NCBI GenBank assembly: GCA_964642835.1
Contig: CAZXQA010000001.1
Coordinates: 132,314-196,313 of the forward strand
Direction of reading: 5' to 3'
Source: an uncultured Candidatus Saccharibacteria bacterium
Lineage (GTDB): Bacteria > Patescibacteriota > Minisyncoccia > Phycocordibacterales > Zambryskibacteraceae
DNA length: 64,000 nucleotides
The position numbers and the translations under genes are program-made. Position 1 is the first letter of the stretch; every line of letters begins with the position of its first letter. Under the pieces are notes generated by a model that had not been told where the DNA came from, searched no databases, and was given only the letters and a program-made list of their open reading frames with translations. Positions 54,443-63,085 of the stretch are shown here, piece by piece.

Positions 54443-54766
54443 ATGAAAAAACGTTACAAAATAGTTGTATATGTTCCTGAAGATCATGCAGATAAGCTAC
54501 GCGAGGCCATGGGTAATGCGGGTGCTGGCCAGATAGGAAATTATTCTCATTGCACTTTTACCCTTAAAGGCACTGGTCGTTTTAAACCCGAAGAAGGAGC
54601 GAACCCTACTATCGGGTCAGTAGGTAAACTTGAAGAGGTTTCTGAAGATCGTATTGAGACTGTGTGCGAAGCTGACAAGCTCAAGGCAGTACTTAAGGCA
54701 ATCAAAGATACTCACCCTTATGAAGAGCCTGCCACTGATGTATATCCTATAGAGATTTTCGAATAA
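54443..54766 (+). CDS. small conserved protein, possibly PII/CutA-like fold (HPYEEP motif)
   Basis: 107 aa. …YSHCTFT.KGTGRF.P…AIKDTHPYEEPATDVYPIE, reminiscent of the CutA/NIF3-insert HPYE.P motif. Weak. Confidence 0.35.
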   Translation: MKKRYKIVVYVPEDHADKLREAMGNAGAGQIGNYSHCTFTLKGTGRFKPEEGANPTIGSVGKLEEVSEDRIETVCEADKLKAVLKAIKDTHPYEEPATDVYPIEIFE

Positions 54767-54768
54767 AC

Positions 54769-55047
54769 ATGTCAGTGAATCTTCATCAAAAATGCATATC
54801 ACTTCTAGAAGCCTTTAAATCAGGAAAGCTTGGTCAAACTGTGATGCCAGAAGATTCTAATCCTGGCTTCTCAGATAAAGAGTCTGAAATGCGAATAGCA
54901 TATTTCACTCTTCCAATGGCGCTCAATTATCAGCGTGATAGCTATAAGCTTTGGGAAGCCGCCCTAAAAACTTTTAATGATCCAGAAACAAGATTTGTAT
55001 TTGATACGGTAAAAGTCTCTTTCCCGACGCTCTACCCGAAGGAGTAG
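54769..55047 (+). CDS. hypothetical protein
   Basis: 92 aa ORF, 3 nt after the previous stop. No motifs. Confidence 0.35.
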   Translation: MSVNLHQKCISLLEAFKSGKLGQTVMPEDSNPGFSDKESEMRIAYFTLPMALNYQRDSYKLWEAALKTFNDPETRFVFDTVKVSFPTLYPKE

Positions 55048-55153
55048 ATCAAATATGGTATGCAGACGCTACGATCCCTCCGCATATCGAATTTCACGAT
55101 CTGACTGCCTTGGGTGAGCTGATCAAAAAGGAGGAAGTGGAATAACCTAGGGG

Positions 55154-55305
55154 ACTGTCACTTTTGTCACTTTTTGAAGCGCTCGAGACCCGTCGTTTTA
55201 GATGCTAAAATTAAACTAATTCCGTCAAGCAGGGCTTGGTCCACTAGGGTTCGAGCACGAGACGGCCAGCCAACTCATGATAGGTTATCGCGCTCGAGAT
55301 GCATC
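55154..55305 (+). repeat. tRNA-Gln-derived repeat, copy 7 (cargo-free counterpart of copy 5)
   Basis: CTGTCACTTTTGTCACTTTTTGAAGCGCTCGAGACCCGTCGTTTTAGATGCTAAAATTAAACTAATTCCGTCAAGCAGGGCTTGG…GGGTTCGAGCACGAGACGGCCAGCCAACTCATGATAGGTTATCGCGCTCGAGATGCATC. Confidence 0.7.
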
Positions 55306-55502
55306 TGGGCTGTACCAGATTAATTCTGCATGAAGCGTGTTGTTTAGAATTTGAATATAAAAAGAAAAAGACCCAGCATATTTCAGCTGAGTCTACTTAC
55401 ACATTCATAAGATTTCTCCAATCTCGCCCGCCGTCGCGCGCCTCTTTCTGCGCCGCGACGGGCTTGCCGTTCCAGAAGGGTCGAACGGCTGACCTTGGCG
55501 CG

Positions 55503-55928
55503 CTATTGCGCCGACCGAGTGGGTCCGAGAACACCGAGCAGGTAGCTCGGCACTTCTTCGACAGGTTCGCGATTCGGGTCTTCCTTGTAGCCCTGGCACT
55601 TGATGTAGCCGTCTGCGTCCACGCTGGAGCGCAAGCAAGCTTCCGTCATCGGCCAGGCGCGCCTCGGTTCGTCCTCGAAGACGATCCAGAAGCACTCGCC
55701 CTCGGACTGCTGACTCGTGGCGCCGTATTTGCGGCACACCGAGATGACAGCGTTGGGGCGAACCCGTTCGTTTGTCGTGATGACTGCGACGACGGGCGTT
55801 GGAGCCATGAGGCCCCCTTCAAGCGGTGGGAAGAAATCCTTGTACATTGCATACCCCTCTTTATGGGTTACGAAAGCCAGGAATTGGCTATCTACTACCA
55901 TCTTATCATACTTAACTTGAATTGTCAA
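55503..55928 (-). CDS. hypothetical protein flanked by repeat copies 7 and 8
   Basis: 141 aa (TTG) or 131 aa (ATG 55901). Aromatic-rich globular composition. The overlapping + strand ORF 55299..55958 reads through repeat sequence and is rejected. Confidence 0.45.
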   Translation of the reverse strand: MTIQVKYDKMVVDSQFLAFVTHKEGYAMYKDFFPPLEGGLMAPTPVVAVITTNERVRPNAVISVCRKYGATSQQSEGECFWIVFEDEPRRAWPMTEACLRSSVDADGYIKCQGYKEDPNREPVEEVPSYLLGVLGPTRSAQ

Positions 55929-56022
55929 GTGCTCGAGATCCGTCGTTTTGAGTGCTAAAATAGTCTTAATTCCGTCAATCTGGCTTGGCCGATTAAGGTT
56001 CGATCACGAGACGGTCAGCCGA
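55929..56022 (+). repeat. tRNA-Gln-derived repeat, copy 8 (diverged GCTCGAGATCCGTCGTTTTGAG form)
   Basis: GCTCGAGATCCGTCGTTTTGAGTGCTAAAATAGTCTTAATTCCGTCAATCTGGCTTGGCCGATTAAGGTTCGATCACGAGACGGTCAGCCGA. Confidence 0.6.
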
Positions 56023-56135
56023 TTTTAAGTTTTTTGCAAGCGAAGCGCTCCTATACAAAAAAGCGTAAAATCGCTTCGCCGCGTCTCGCCAGAGACGCAA
56101 GAAGGTATTGGTATTTTTTGCACCTGGAAATATCT

Positions 56136-56200
56136 GTGACCGAGAGCGTACTCGCGGTCCCTGTCGGGCAGCCAACTCGTGCGACGCTCGAGATACGTCA
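56136..56200 (+). repeat. tRNA-Gln-derived repeat, copy 9
   Basis: GTGACCGAGAGCGTACTCGCGGTCCCTGTCGGGCAGCCAACTCGTGCGACGCTCGAGATACGTC. Confidence 0.7.
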
Positions 56201-56244
56201 ATACAAAGCTTTTATAAGCTCGTAAAGAGCGATATACTTTTGCC

Positions 56245-56898
56245 ATGAATCCCGAAAATAAAGCTCTGGATAGAACTTACTTCATTGCGGGCCCGCCAAG
56301 AGTTGGAAAAACAACCCTCTCATACAAACTCGCCGAAAAGATTAAAGGCCACGTTGTCTCAACAGATGCTATAAGAAGCGCGGCAAAGAAAGCGCGAGAG
56401 AATAAAACTGGCGACCTCTTTAGAACTAATTTCTACAATTCTCTTTCCGAAGAAGAATGGTTTGAAAGACATCTCAAACGACCAGAGGTGGTTGTTGAAG
56501 ACCATAACAAAGAATCCGCCGCCTTTTGGACTTCAATCGTCTCTTTTTGCAATACATTCTGTGAAGATTCTGCAATTCACATTGTTGAAGGTGCTCATCT
56601 TATTCCAGAACTAGTCGCAAGTATGGAAGATAAACCTTCTCATATTGTATATGTGGGTAACACCAATCCAGACCACTTTAAACACATGCTTGAATACAGC
56701 CGAAATAACCCCGAGCAGGATTGGATGGCTTCATTGGGATATGGAGAAGAGAAGATTCAAGCAATGGCAAATTTTGTAAGAGAGATGAGTTTGTATTTCA
56801 AGGCGGAAGCGGAGAAATACGGCTTTCCCTACTTTGAAATTTCAGATGAGGATTTCGAGGGATCGCTTGAAAAAGTTTGTAACTTTCTGTTGAAATGA
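56245..56898 (+). CDS. P-loop kinase-like ATPase (AAA_33/zeta-toxin/2-phosphoglycerate-kinase-like)
   Basis: 217 aa. FIAGPPRVGKTTLSYKLA Walker A near N-terminus, hhhhE Walker B (IHIVEGAH). Confidence 0.6.
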   Translation: MNPENKALDRTYFIAGPPRVGKTTLSYKLAEKIKGHVVSTDAIRSAAKKARENKTGDLFRTNFYNSLSEEEWFERHLKRPEVVVEDHNKESAAFWTSIVSFCNTFCEDSAIHIVEGAHLIPELVASMEDKPSHIVYVGNTNPDHFKHMLEYSRNNPEQDWMASLGYGEEKIQAMANFVREMSLYFKAEAEKYGFPYFEISDEDFEGSLEKVCNFLLK

Positions 56899-57287
56899 AG
56901 CAAGATATTCCTCAAATAATCAAAGATGTTGGTTTTGACTTCCGTTGGGATGAAAAGAAAGTCTGGGCTCTAGAGTATCCATCTGAAGAAATGGATATTA
57001 AAGAGCTGGTTTGGCATTTCAATATTCCTTTTCACTGGCACGGAGGAGAGGTATATAACCTTAAATCCAGAGAGATTATTGATAACCCAGAAAAGTATAA
57101 GGATGAATATGAAAGAACAATGAAAGCTGATACTTCGCATCCGATAGATATTATGGAAAATAAAGGTCGTTGGCTTATCCTTGATGGTCTGCATAGACTT
57201 ATGAAGTTATATATTCAGGGGCAAAAGAAAGTAACAGTTCGTAAGATACCAAGAGGGCGGATACCAGATATAACTACTGAAGAATGA
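56895..57287 (+). CDS. small protein with ParB/sulfiredoxin-like DGxHR motif
   Basis: 130 aa. RWLILDGLHRLMKL. ATGA overlap with upstream kinase and with downstream VanX-like gene. Confidence 0.4.
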   Translation: MKQDIPQIIKDVGFDFRWDEKKVWALEYPSEEMDIKELVWHFNIPFHWHGGEVYNLKSREIIDNPEKYKDEYERTMKADTSHPIDIMENKGRWLILDGLHRLMKLYIQGQKKVTVRKIPRGRIPDITTEE

Positions 57288-57946
57288 CGCAACAAATAAA
57301 GAATGGTTTACCTCTAGAAGAGATAAAGAAAATAAGAATAAACGAGACCAATGAGCCTTTAGTTGAAATTACCGAAACCGAGAAAGTTAAGCTACTCAGA
57401 GACCATAAATACTTATACCCGCATCTCAGGAAGGGAGCACAGGAGCTTCTGTATGTAGCCTCTGATAATCTTCCAGATGGACATAAACTTCTTGTTGTAA
57501 CCGCCTATAGACCTATTTGGATGCAGAAAGAGCTATACAGAAGAAGAGAGAAGCAAATGGCTAAAGCTCATCCTTTCTTGATGATTTTCCAATATCCAAA
57601 ATGGAGAAAAATGGTTAATAGATATACCTCACCTCCAGGCGGTTCATCTCATCAATATGGTGGAGCTGTTGATGTAACAGTAATAGACCCTGCTGGCAAT
57701 AGATTAGATATGGGAACAACCTTGACTGACTACGGAGTAAAAGTCCATACAGAAAATGATTTGATTACAGAAGAACAGAGGAGCAACAGGAAACTTTTAT
57801 ATAACGCTATGACTAAGGCTGGGTTCGTAAACTATCCTTTGGAATGGTGGCATTATTCTTATGGAGATAGGATGTGGGCAGCATACAGCTCACGAGAAGA
57901 TTGTTTCTATGGACCGCTTAATGAGCAAGCGAAAGGATACCACTAA
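57284..57946 (+). CDS. D-alanyl-D-alanine dipeptidase (VanX/DdpX, M15D)
   Basis: 220 aa. SSHQYGGAVDVTV (SxHxxGxAxD Zn ligands) and EWWHYSYGD. Confidence 0.8.
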   Translation: MTQQIKNGLPLEEIKKIRINETNEPLVEITETEKVKLLRDHKYLYPHLRKGAQELLYVASDNLPDGHKLLVVTAYRPIWMQKELYRRREKQMAKAHPFLMIFQYPKWRKMVNRYTSPPGGSSHQYGGAVDVTVIDPAGNRLDMGTTLTDYGVKVHTENDLITEEQRSNRKLLYNAMTKAGFVNYPLEWWHYSYGDRMWAAYSSREDCFYGPLNEQAKGYH

Positions 57947-58082
57947 ACTCTAATTCTCGTGTTATTCTGGACCAATTAAGAGTTCTGAATACGTCCACAA
58001 AGGACAGCCAACGTGAGGTAGGTTCGGACTCCGAGGAGCTTCATATTTAGAGCCATTTTTTAAATTCGTGTTTTTCCTAAAA

Positions 58083-58108
58083 CTGAGCACCCTCTTAGGA
58101 ATCGAACT
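58083..58108 (+). promoter_or_regulatory. conserved promoter module (CCCTCTTAGGAATCGAACTTTGGTATAAT) for the 58127 operon
   Basis: Third copy of the module. TATAAT 58103-58108, ATG 18 nt later. Confidence 0.6.
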
Positions 58109-58126
58109 TTGGTATAATTACTAAAC

Positions 58127-58669
58127 ATGAAATTCTTCATCGGCATTGTTCCACCTCTGGCAACCAAAGAGAAAGTCTTGGAATTCCAGAAAAGTTTTCC
58201 TTCAAATAAAATTCCTTTCTTTCACGAACCACACATTACCCTCAAAGCTCCCAGTGGTCTCACAGAAGATAAGTCTTGGCTTGCTCCCGTCATGGCACTA
58301 GTCGGAGATTATCCTCGATTTCAGATCAAGCTAGAAGGACTTGGCGGTTTTGAGGATAGGGTGTTATTCCTCAACCCTGTTTTTTCTCAAGAACTGTTAG
58401 ATCTACATATGAAATTAGTTAATCTGCTTTACCCAAATACTGAAAGTGATAATAAATTTTACGAGAGGTCTTTATTCTACCCTCATTTAACTCTAGGAGA
58501 GACAACATGGGGAGGAATGACTCCTGAGGAGTTGGTGGAAATGAAGAAGAAGGCAGAAATAGAGTTCTATAGTATCCCACCGTTTCAGGTAGATTTTGTT
58601 CGAGCCTTTCAAAAGGAAAAAGATGGTGAGCCATATCGCAAGCTTTTAGATATCCCTTTAAAAATATGA
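58127..58669 (+). CDS. 2H phosphoesterase (LigT-like 2'-5' RNA ligase / cyclic phosphodiesterase family)
   Basis: 180 aa. Two H-x-T/S-x motifs (HITLK, HLTLG) at the expected spacing. Confidence 0.8.
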   Translation: MKFFIGIVPPLATKEKVLEFQKSFPSNKIPFFHEPHITLKAPSGLTEDKSWLAPVMALVGDYPRFQIKLEGLGGFEDRVLFLNPVFSQELLDLHMKLVNLLYPNTESDNKFYERSLFYPHLTLGETTWGGMTPEELVEMKKKAEIEFYSIPPFQVDFVRAFQKEKDGEPYRKLLDIPLKI

Positions 58670-58710
58670 GTCGTTAGAACTTTATACAGTTCCCTGATAA
58701 CATTTCTTTT

Positions 58711-60486
58711 ATGGAACAGCAGACAATTAAGCAATTTGGCTGGCTAGACATCCCCAATTCAATCTGGCACTTTTTAGACAAAGACAAGCCGAGGTGGGTG
58801 TTCTTGAATGTTTTGCTATTTGTAATTTTATTTTATGACCTAGTTCCTGCATTTGTAGTAGGTAAGATAATCGACTTCTTTACTAAATACCAAGCAGGTG
58901 ATTCTCTCCGCACTTTCTACTCATATGTGATTTTCCTAGGAGTTGCTCATACTATTATCTCTCTTATTAGATTAGGAACTAAGAATAGACTTTCAAAGAT
59001 AAGTATTTCTACCAGAAGTCGTGCACGAGTATCTGGTTTTGAGAATCTAATCAACCTACCCCTTCAATGGCACGCCCAAGAAAATACTGGGAACAAGATT
59101 GAGCGTGTATTTTCAGGCAGCCAAGCTCTTAGAGAATGGGCTAGTTTTAGTAATAATACGCTATTTCCCGTCACAGTCTCTTTCATTGGTGTCTTAACAG
59201 TATTTATTTTCTTGAGCCCGATATTTTTTATTTTCCTTGTCGGATACACTGCTTTATTCTTTGGAACGGAATGGTATTTCAATAGAAAAATTGCGGAACT
59301 TAATGAGGCACACAATCGCTCTAAGCAAGAATCAACGGGAGCTTATGTAGAGAGCACTGGCAACCTTTTGTCTATCAAAGCTATGGGTTCTGAAAAACAT
59401 CTTAATTTACGAATCAAGAAAACTGAGGAATCTGCTAGAGATATCCAGTACATAATAGCTGATACAGGTAGTCGTAAATGGTATACATTCCAGACCATAA
59501 ATGGAATTTCTTTTATTTTATTCTTCTTTTTGTTAGGTCATCAATTAGTTGCTGGCATCCTCACTGTCGGTTCAATTATGGTGTATTACACTTATTTCAA
59601 TAAACTTCGTGAGGCGGCCAGCGATGCCACTGATGCCGTTACAAGAGTAATCGGACTTAAATCTGATTTAGCAAATATGATGCCTATATTCTTGGAGCAA
59701 TCGACTGTAAAGACAGGACATCAAAAATTCCCTAGAAGATGGGATAAGGTTGAGATTAGGAATGGCGATTTCTCTTATCCATCAGGCAAAAAAGCTCTTA
59801 GTAATGTAAATCTATCTTTGGGCAGAAATGAGAAGCTTGGTATAGCAGGAGCGTCTGGAAGCGGTAAATCAACATTGGTGAAGATGTTGCTTGGACTGTA
59901 TGCCTTAGAAGGAGGTGAATTTAGAATCGGAGATCGAAATTACTACGATATTGCTCATGATGACTTAATTCACAACATAGCTGTTGTATTGCAGGAAACT
60001 GAATTATTCAACCTGTCTCTTCGGGATAACATCACTGGATTAAAGAGTGTAGATGCAGACATCCTTGAGCTCGCAATAGATATATCTCAACTCAAAGATG
60101 TTTTGAAGAAGTTGCCTGATGGTTTGGACACCTTGGTTGGTGAAAAGGGTTACAAACTTTCAGGAGGCGAGAGACAGAGGTTGGGTATCGCGAGAGCTGT
60201 TTGTAAAAATGCCCCAATTCTTCTTCTTGATGAAGCCACATCCGCTCTGGATAGTAAAACTGAAAAGAAAATTATGGATAAGCTATTATCCAAATTTAGT
60301 AACGAGAAAACTCTTATAATCATTGCTCACCGTATTTCCACGCTTAAGGATACTGACAGGGTAGTTGTTTTTGAAGAGGGTTCTATCATTGAAGAAGGCA
60401 CTTATGATAGCTTGGTGGCAAATCCTAATTCCCACCTTGGGCAACTCTACGCTCTGCAAAGTGGAAGTGCCCAAAATGAGAATTAG
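58711..60486 (+). CDS. ABC exporter, fused TMD-NBD (type I exporter half-transporter)
   Basis: 591 aa. 6 TM, GASGSGKST, LSGGERQRLGIARA, LLLDEATSALD. Confidence 0.9.
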   Translation: MEQQTIKQFGWLDIPNSIWHFLDKDKPRWVFLNVLLFVILFYDLVPAFVVGKIIDFFTKYQAGDSLRTFYSYVIFLGVAHTIISLIRLGTKNRLSKISISTRSRARVSGFENLINLPLQWHAQENTGNKIERVFSGSQALREWASFSNNTLFPVTVSFIGVLTVFIFLSPIFFIFLVGYTALFFGTEWYFNRKIAELNEAHNRSKQESTGAYVESTGNLLSIKAMGSEKHLNLRIKKTEESARDIQYIIADTGSRKWYTFQTINGISFILFFFLLGHQLVAGILTVGSIMVYYTYFNKLREAASDATDAVTRVIGLKSDLANMMPIFLEQSTVKTGHQKFPRRWDKVEIRNGDFSYPSGKKALSNVNLSLGRNEKLGIAGASGSGKSTLVKMLLGLYALEGGEFRIGDRNYYDIAHDDLIHNIAVVLQETELFNLSLRDNITGLKSVDADILELAIDISQLKDVLKKLPDGLDTLVGEKGYKLSGGERQRLGIARAVCKNAPILLLDEATSALDSKTEKKIMDKLLSKFSNEKTLIIIAHRISTLKDTDRVVVFEEGSIIEEGTYDSLVANPNSHLGQLYALQSGSAQNEN

Positions 60487-60516
60487 ACACTATCGTATTT
60501 ACAAATTTTTAAACCT

Positions 60517-61026
60517 ATGACCGATTGGGATACATACTACAAAGTGCATATGAGTCGCCCGCCAAGGGACTTACTAGTTAAGGCTGTGGCCCTATGTAAA
60601 GAAAAAGATATAGCTCTTGATCTTGGAGCCGGCACTCTTGTTGAATCTAACTACTTGATCAAATCTGGGTTCAATAAAGTTGTAGCGATAGATAGTTCTG
60701 AAGAAGTAACCACTTTTGCTAAAGGTCTAAATGAGAATAGGTTGGAGGTAAAAATATCTCAATTTAAGGATTTAACTTTAGAGCCAGAAACTTACGATCT
60801 GACAACAGCTCAGTATGCCCTACCTTTCTATGGTAAGGAGGGATTCAGTGAGTTTATGGCCAAGATCGTATCTTCTCTTAAACAAGAAGGTGTTTTTGTC
60901 GGACAGCTATTTGGAGAAAGAGATGGATGGAATGGAACGAAGGATATGGCTTTTCAGAGCAAAGATGAAGCACTGGAACTTCTTAAGAAATTAATCGTTC
61001 CAGACGGCCAGCTCGTGATATTCTAG
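60517..61026 (+). CDS. class I SAM-dependent methyltransferase (small, TehB-like)
   Basis: 169 aa. Motif I ALDLGAGTL, acidic motif II VAIDSSEE. Confidence 0.7.
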   Translation: MTDWDTYYKVHMSRPPRDLLVKAVALCKEKDIALDLGAGTLVESNYLIKSGFNKVVAIDSSEEVTTFAKGLNENRLEVKISQFKDLTLEPETYDLTTAQYALPFYGKEGFSEFMAKIVSSLKQEGVFVGQLFGERDGWNGTKDMAFQSKDEALELLKKLIVPDGQLVIF

Positions 61027-61030
61027 ATAT

Positions 61031-61534
61031 ATGAAGTTATATTTTCTGATCGGTGCTTCTGGCGCAGGCAAGACTACGGTTATAAAGGAGGTTGAGAAGA
61101 TGGATCTCAAGGATCTAGAAATTTTCTACTTTGACAGTATCGGAGTTCCGCCATTTGAAGACATGGTGAAAGAATATGGGAGTGCAGACGAATGGCAGCG
61201 TGTGAAAACACATGAATGGGTACAAAAAATGAGTGAGGTTTCAGCCAAGGATGTGATTCTTGATGCTCAGGCGAGACCGTCTTTCATTGAAGAGGCATGC
61301 AAAGAAAGGGGTATCAATAATTATGAAATCATTCTTTTTGACTGCTCCGACGAGAAAAGGAAAGAAAGACTTATCGGAAGAGGACAGCCAGAATTGGCCG
61401 ATGAACGCATGATGAATTGGGCAAAGCATATACGAGAAGGCTGTGGTAATGGAGTCTGTAAGATTATCGACAATACAGAGTTAAGTCTTGAAGAAACCAC
61501 AAAGTCTCTCCTTGCCTTACTTGGTAAGGCGTAA
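61031..61534 (+). CDS. P-loop NTPase/kinase-like protein
   Basis: 167 aa. LIGASGAGKTT Walker A at the N-terminus (nucleoside/nucleotide-kinase-like size). Confidence 0.55.
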   Translation: MKLYFLIGASGAGKTTVIKEVEKMDLKDLEIFYFDSIGVPPFEDMVKEYGSADEWQRVKTHEWVQKMSEVSAKDVILDAQARPSFIEEACKERGINNYEIILFDCSDEKRKERLIGRGQPELADERMMNWAKHIREGCGNGVCKIIDNTELSLEETTKSLLALLGKA

Positions 61535-61538
61535 AACT

Positions 61539-61595
61539 GTTCGAATATCATCCCAGACGGCCAGCCAAGTCGTGCGACGCTCGAGATGCGTTAAT
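61539..61595 (+). repeat. tRNA-Gln-derived repeat, copy 10 (short form)
   Basis: GTTCGAATATCATCCCAGACGGCCAGCCAAGTCGTGCGACGCTCGAGATGCGTT. Confidence 0.65.
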
Positions 61596-61656
61596 GCAAC
61601 GCTTATCTAATTCTGTATAGTCTTAGCAAAGAACACGGGAGGCGTTAAAATATGAT

Positions 61657-62367
61657 ATGGCAGATAAATCTATTCGGATTGGACTTGGTTCAATTGATTC
61701 ACCGAAATCAGCTTTGTGGACAGTTGTAGTAGGAAACTCGCAGGTGTACTTTTCGCAAAGATCTGGAATGCAAATTTCAAAATTCAGTTTGCATGACTCA
61801 GGAAAATGGCGCTATGCGGTCAATGACTCAAACTGGTCCAAAGCAGAAGATAGGGCACTTAAAAAATGGGATAGACCAAATCCCATCTACAAGTCGTTGG
61901 TGCTAGGCCCAGCAATTGTTTTTCCTCCCATCGAGGCAGATTTACCTCTAGGTTATCCTGATACGTATACCAAAGAAACATTTTGGTTAATTCCACCAAA
62001 TTCTGAGCAGGTGCGGGTAATAATGTTATTTTTCTCTCTTGGAAATTCTCACCCAAAAGAACACTTTGAAAAACATAATATAAAACTAGACTGGTCATAT
62101 ACATTTCCAATAAAAAATAATTCAAGGCTGGGCGCAGATACTGTAACTGTTGCATCATGGCTTCAGCTTTATTCAAAAGGTGATCGCAAGCTTGTGACAG
62201 AGACATTATCGGGTGTGAAAATACATTATGATGGCGATGTAGAACCTGACATCAAAAGCACGGCCCTTCAAATTGTGACTCCTTCTGCTGAGGAGGTGTC
62301 TCAAGGTAAAACCATAACAATTTTTGAGGTAATGTTAGGTAGAGACAATCTTAGTAAAAACACCTAG
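61657..62367 (+). CDS. hypothetical protein
   Basis: 236 aa, Trp-rich, no motifs. Bounded by repeat copies 10 and 11. Confidence 0.4.
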   Translation: MADKSIRIGLGSIDSPKSALWTVVVGNSQVYFSQRSGMQISKFSLHDSGKWRYAVNDSNWSKAEDRALKKWDRPNPIYKSLVLGPAIVFPPIEADLPLGYPDTYTKETFWLIPPNSEQVRVIMLFFSLGNSHPKEHFEKHNIKLDWSYTFPIKNNSRLGADTVTVASWLQLYSKGDRKLVTETLSGVKIHYDGDVEPDIKSTALQIVTPSAEEVSQGKTITIFEVMLGRDNLSKNT

Positions 62368-62487
62368 CGCCCGAGACGCTTCGAAATTGAATTCTAAGAT
62401 ATAACAAAATCGCCAAGCAGGGCTTAACTGATTATGGTTCTATCTCGAGACGGCCAGCCAAGTCGTGCGACGCACGAGACGCGTTGA
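62368..62487 (+). repeat. tRNA-Gln-derived repeat, copy 11
   Basis: GCGCCCGAGACGCTTCGAAATTGAATTCTAAGATATAACAAAATCGCCAAGCAGGGCTTAACTGATTATGGTTCTATCTCGAGACGGCCAGCCAAGTCGTGCGACGCACGAGACGCGTT. Confidence 0.65.
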
Positions 62488-62532
62488 TACAACGCTTTTC
62501 TAAGTCCGTAAAGCATGTATCATAGTGCGTAT

Positions 62533-63069
62533 ATGTCGCTATATTTCATCACTGGAAACAAAGGTAAGCTCGCCGAAGTTCAAAGCGTCTTAAAAGATAT
62601 AGAAGCTCTTGATATTGATCTGCCTGAAATCCAAAGTTTAGATGCGCACGAGATTATCAAAGCTAAACTCCTAGAAGCGCAAAAACACCAGACTGGAGAA
62701 TTTATCGTAGAAGATAACTCACTCTATCTTGAAGGTATTAAGGGTTTGCCAGGCCCGCTTATCAAGTGGTTTCTAAAAACAGTTGGCAATGAGGGCCTTT
62801 ATAAAATGGCTGAAGCTTTCGGAAACTTTAACGCTGAAGCTAAGGTCGTTATTGGTTACTCCGATCCTGCAGGAGAAATTTCTTTCTATGAAGGAAGCAC
62901 AAAAGGAACGATCGTAGCCTCAAGAGGAGGTCAAGGTTTCGGCTGGGATCCGATCTTTCAACCTGAAGGGTACGACAAAACTTTCGCAGAGATGGGTGTT
63001 GAGGAAAAGAATAAGTTTAGTATGAGGAGGATTGCGGTGGAGAAACTGAAAGAAGCTCTCAATAAATAA
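62533..63069 (+). CDS. rdgB: non-canonical purine NTP pyrophosphatase (RdgB/HAM1, ITPase)
   Basis: Start at MSLYFITGN. FITGNKGKLAE, GFGWDPIFQPEGYDKTFAEM, K..SMR. Confidence 0.9.
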   Translation: MSLYFITGNKGKLAEVQSVLKDIEALDIDLPEIQSLDAHEIIKAKLLEAQKHQTGEFIVEDNSLYLEGIKGLPGPLIKWFLKTVGNEGLYKMAEAFGNFNAEAKVVIGYSDPAGEISFYEGSTKGTIVASRGGQGFGWDPIFQPEGYDKTFAEMGVEEKNKFSMRRIAVEKLKEALNK

Positions 63070-63085
63070 ATAAATAAGTAAGTAA

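Noticed and set aside
55299-55958. 219-aa + strand ORF
   Set aside because: Its 5' part is translated repeat sequence (copy 7) and the rest is antisense to a better minus-strand ORF (55503-55928) with protein-like composition.
9462-62487. Possibility that the dispersed repeats are a CRISPR array or extra tRNA genes
   Set aside because: Spacing is irregular (kilobases, gene-sized) and no cas genes are nearby. Units lack a tRNA 5' acceptor strand in the right place, so they cannot fold into tRNAs. They are tRNA-derived repeats, not tRNAs or CRISPR.
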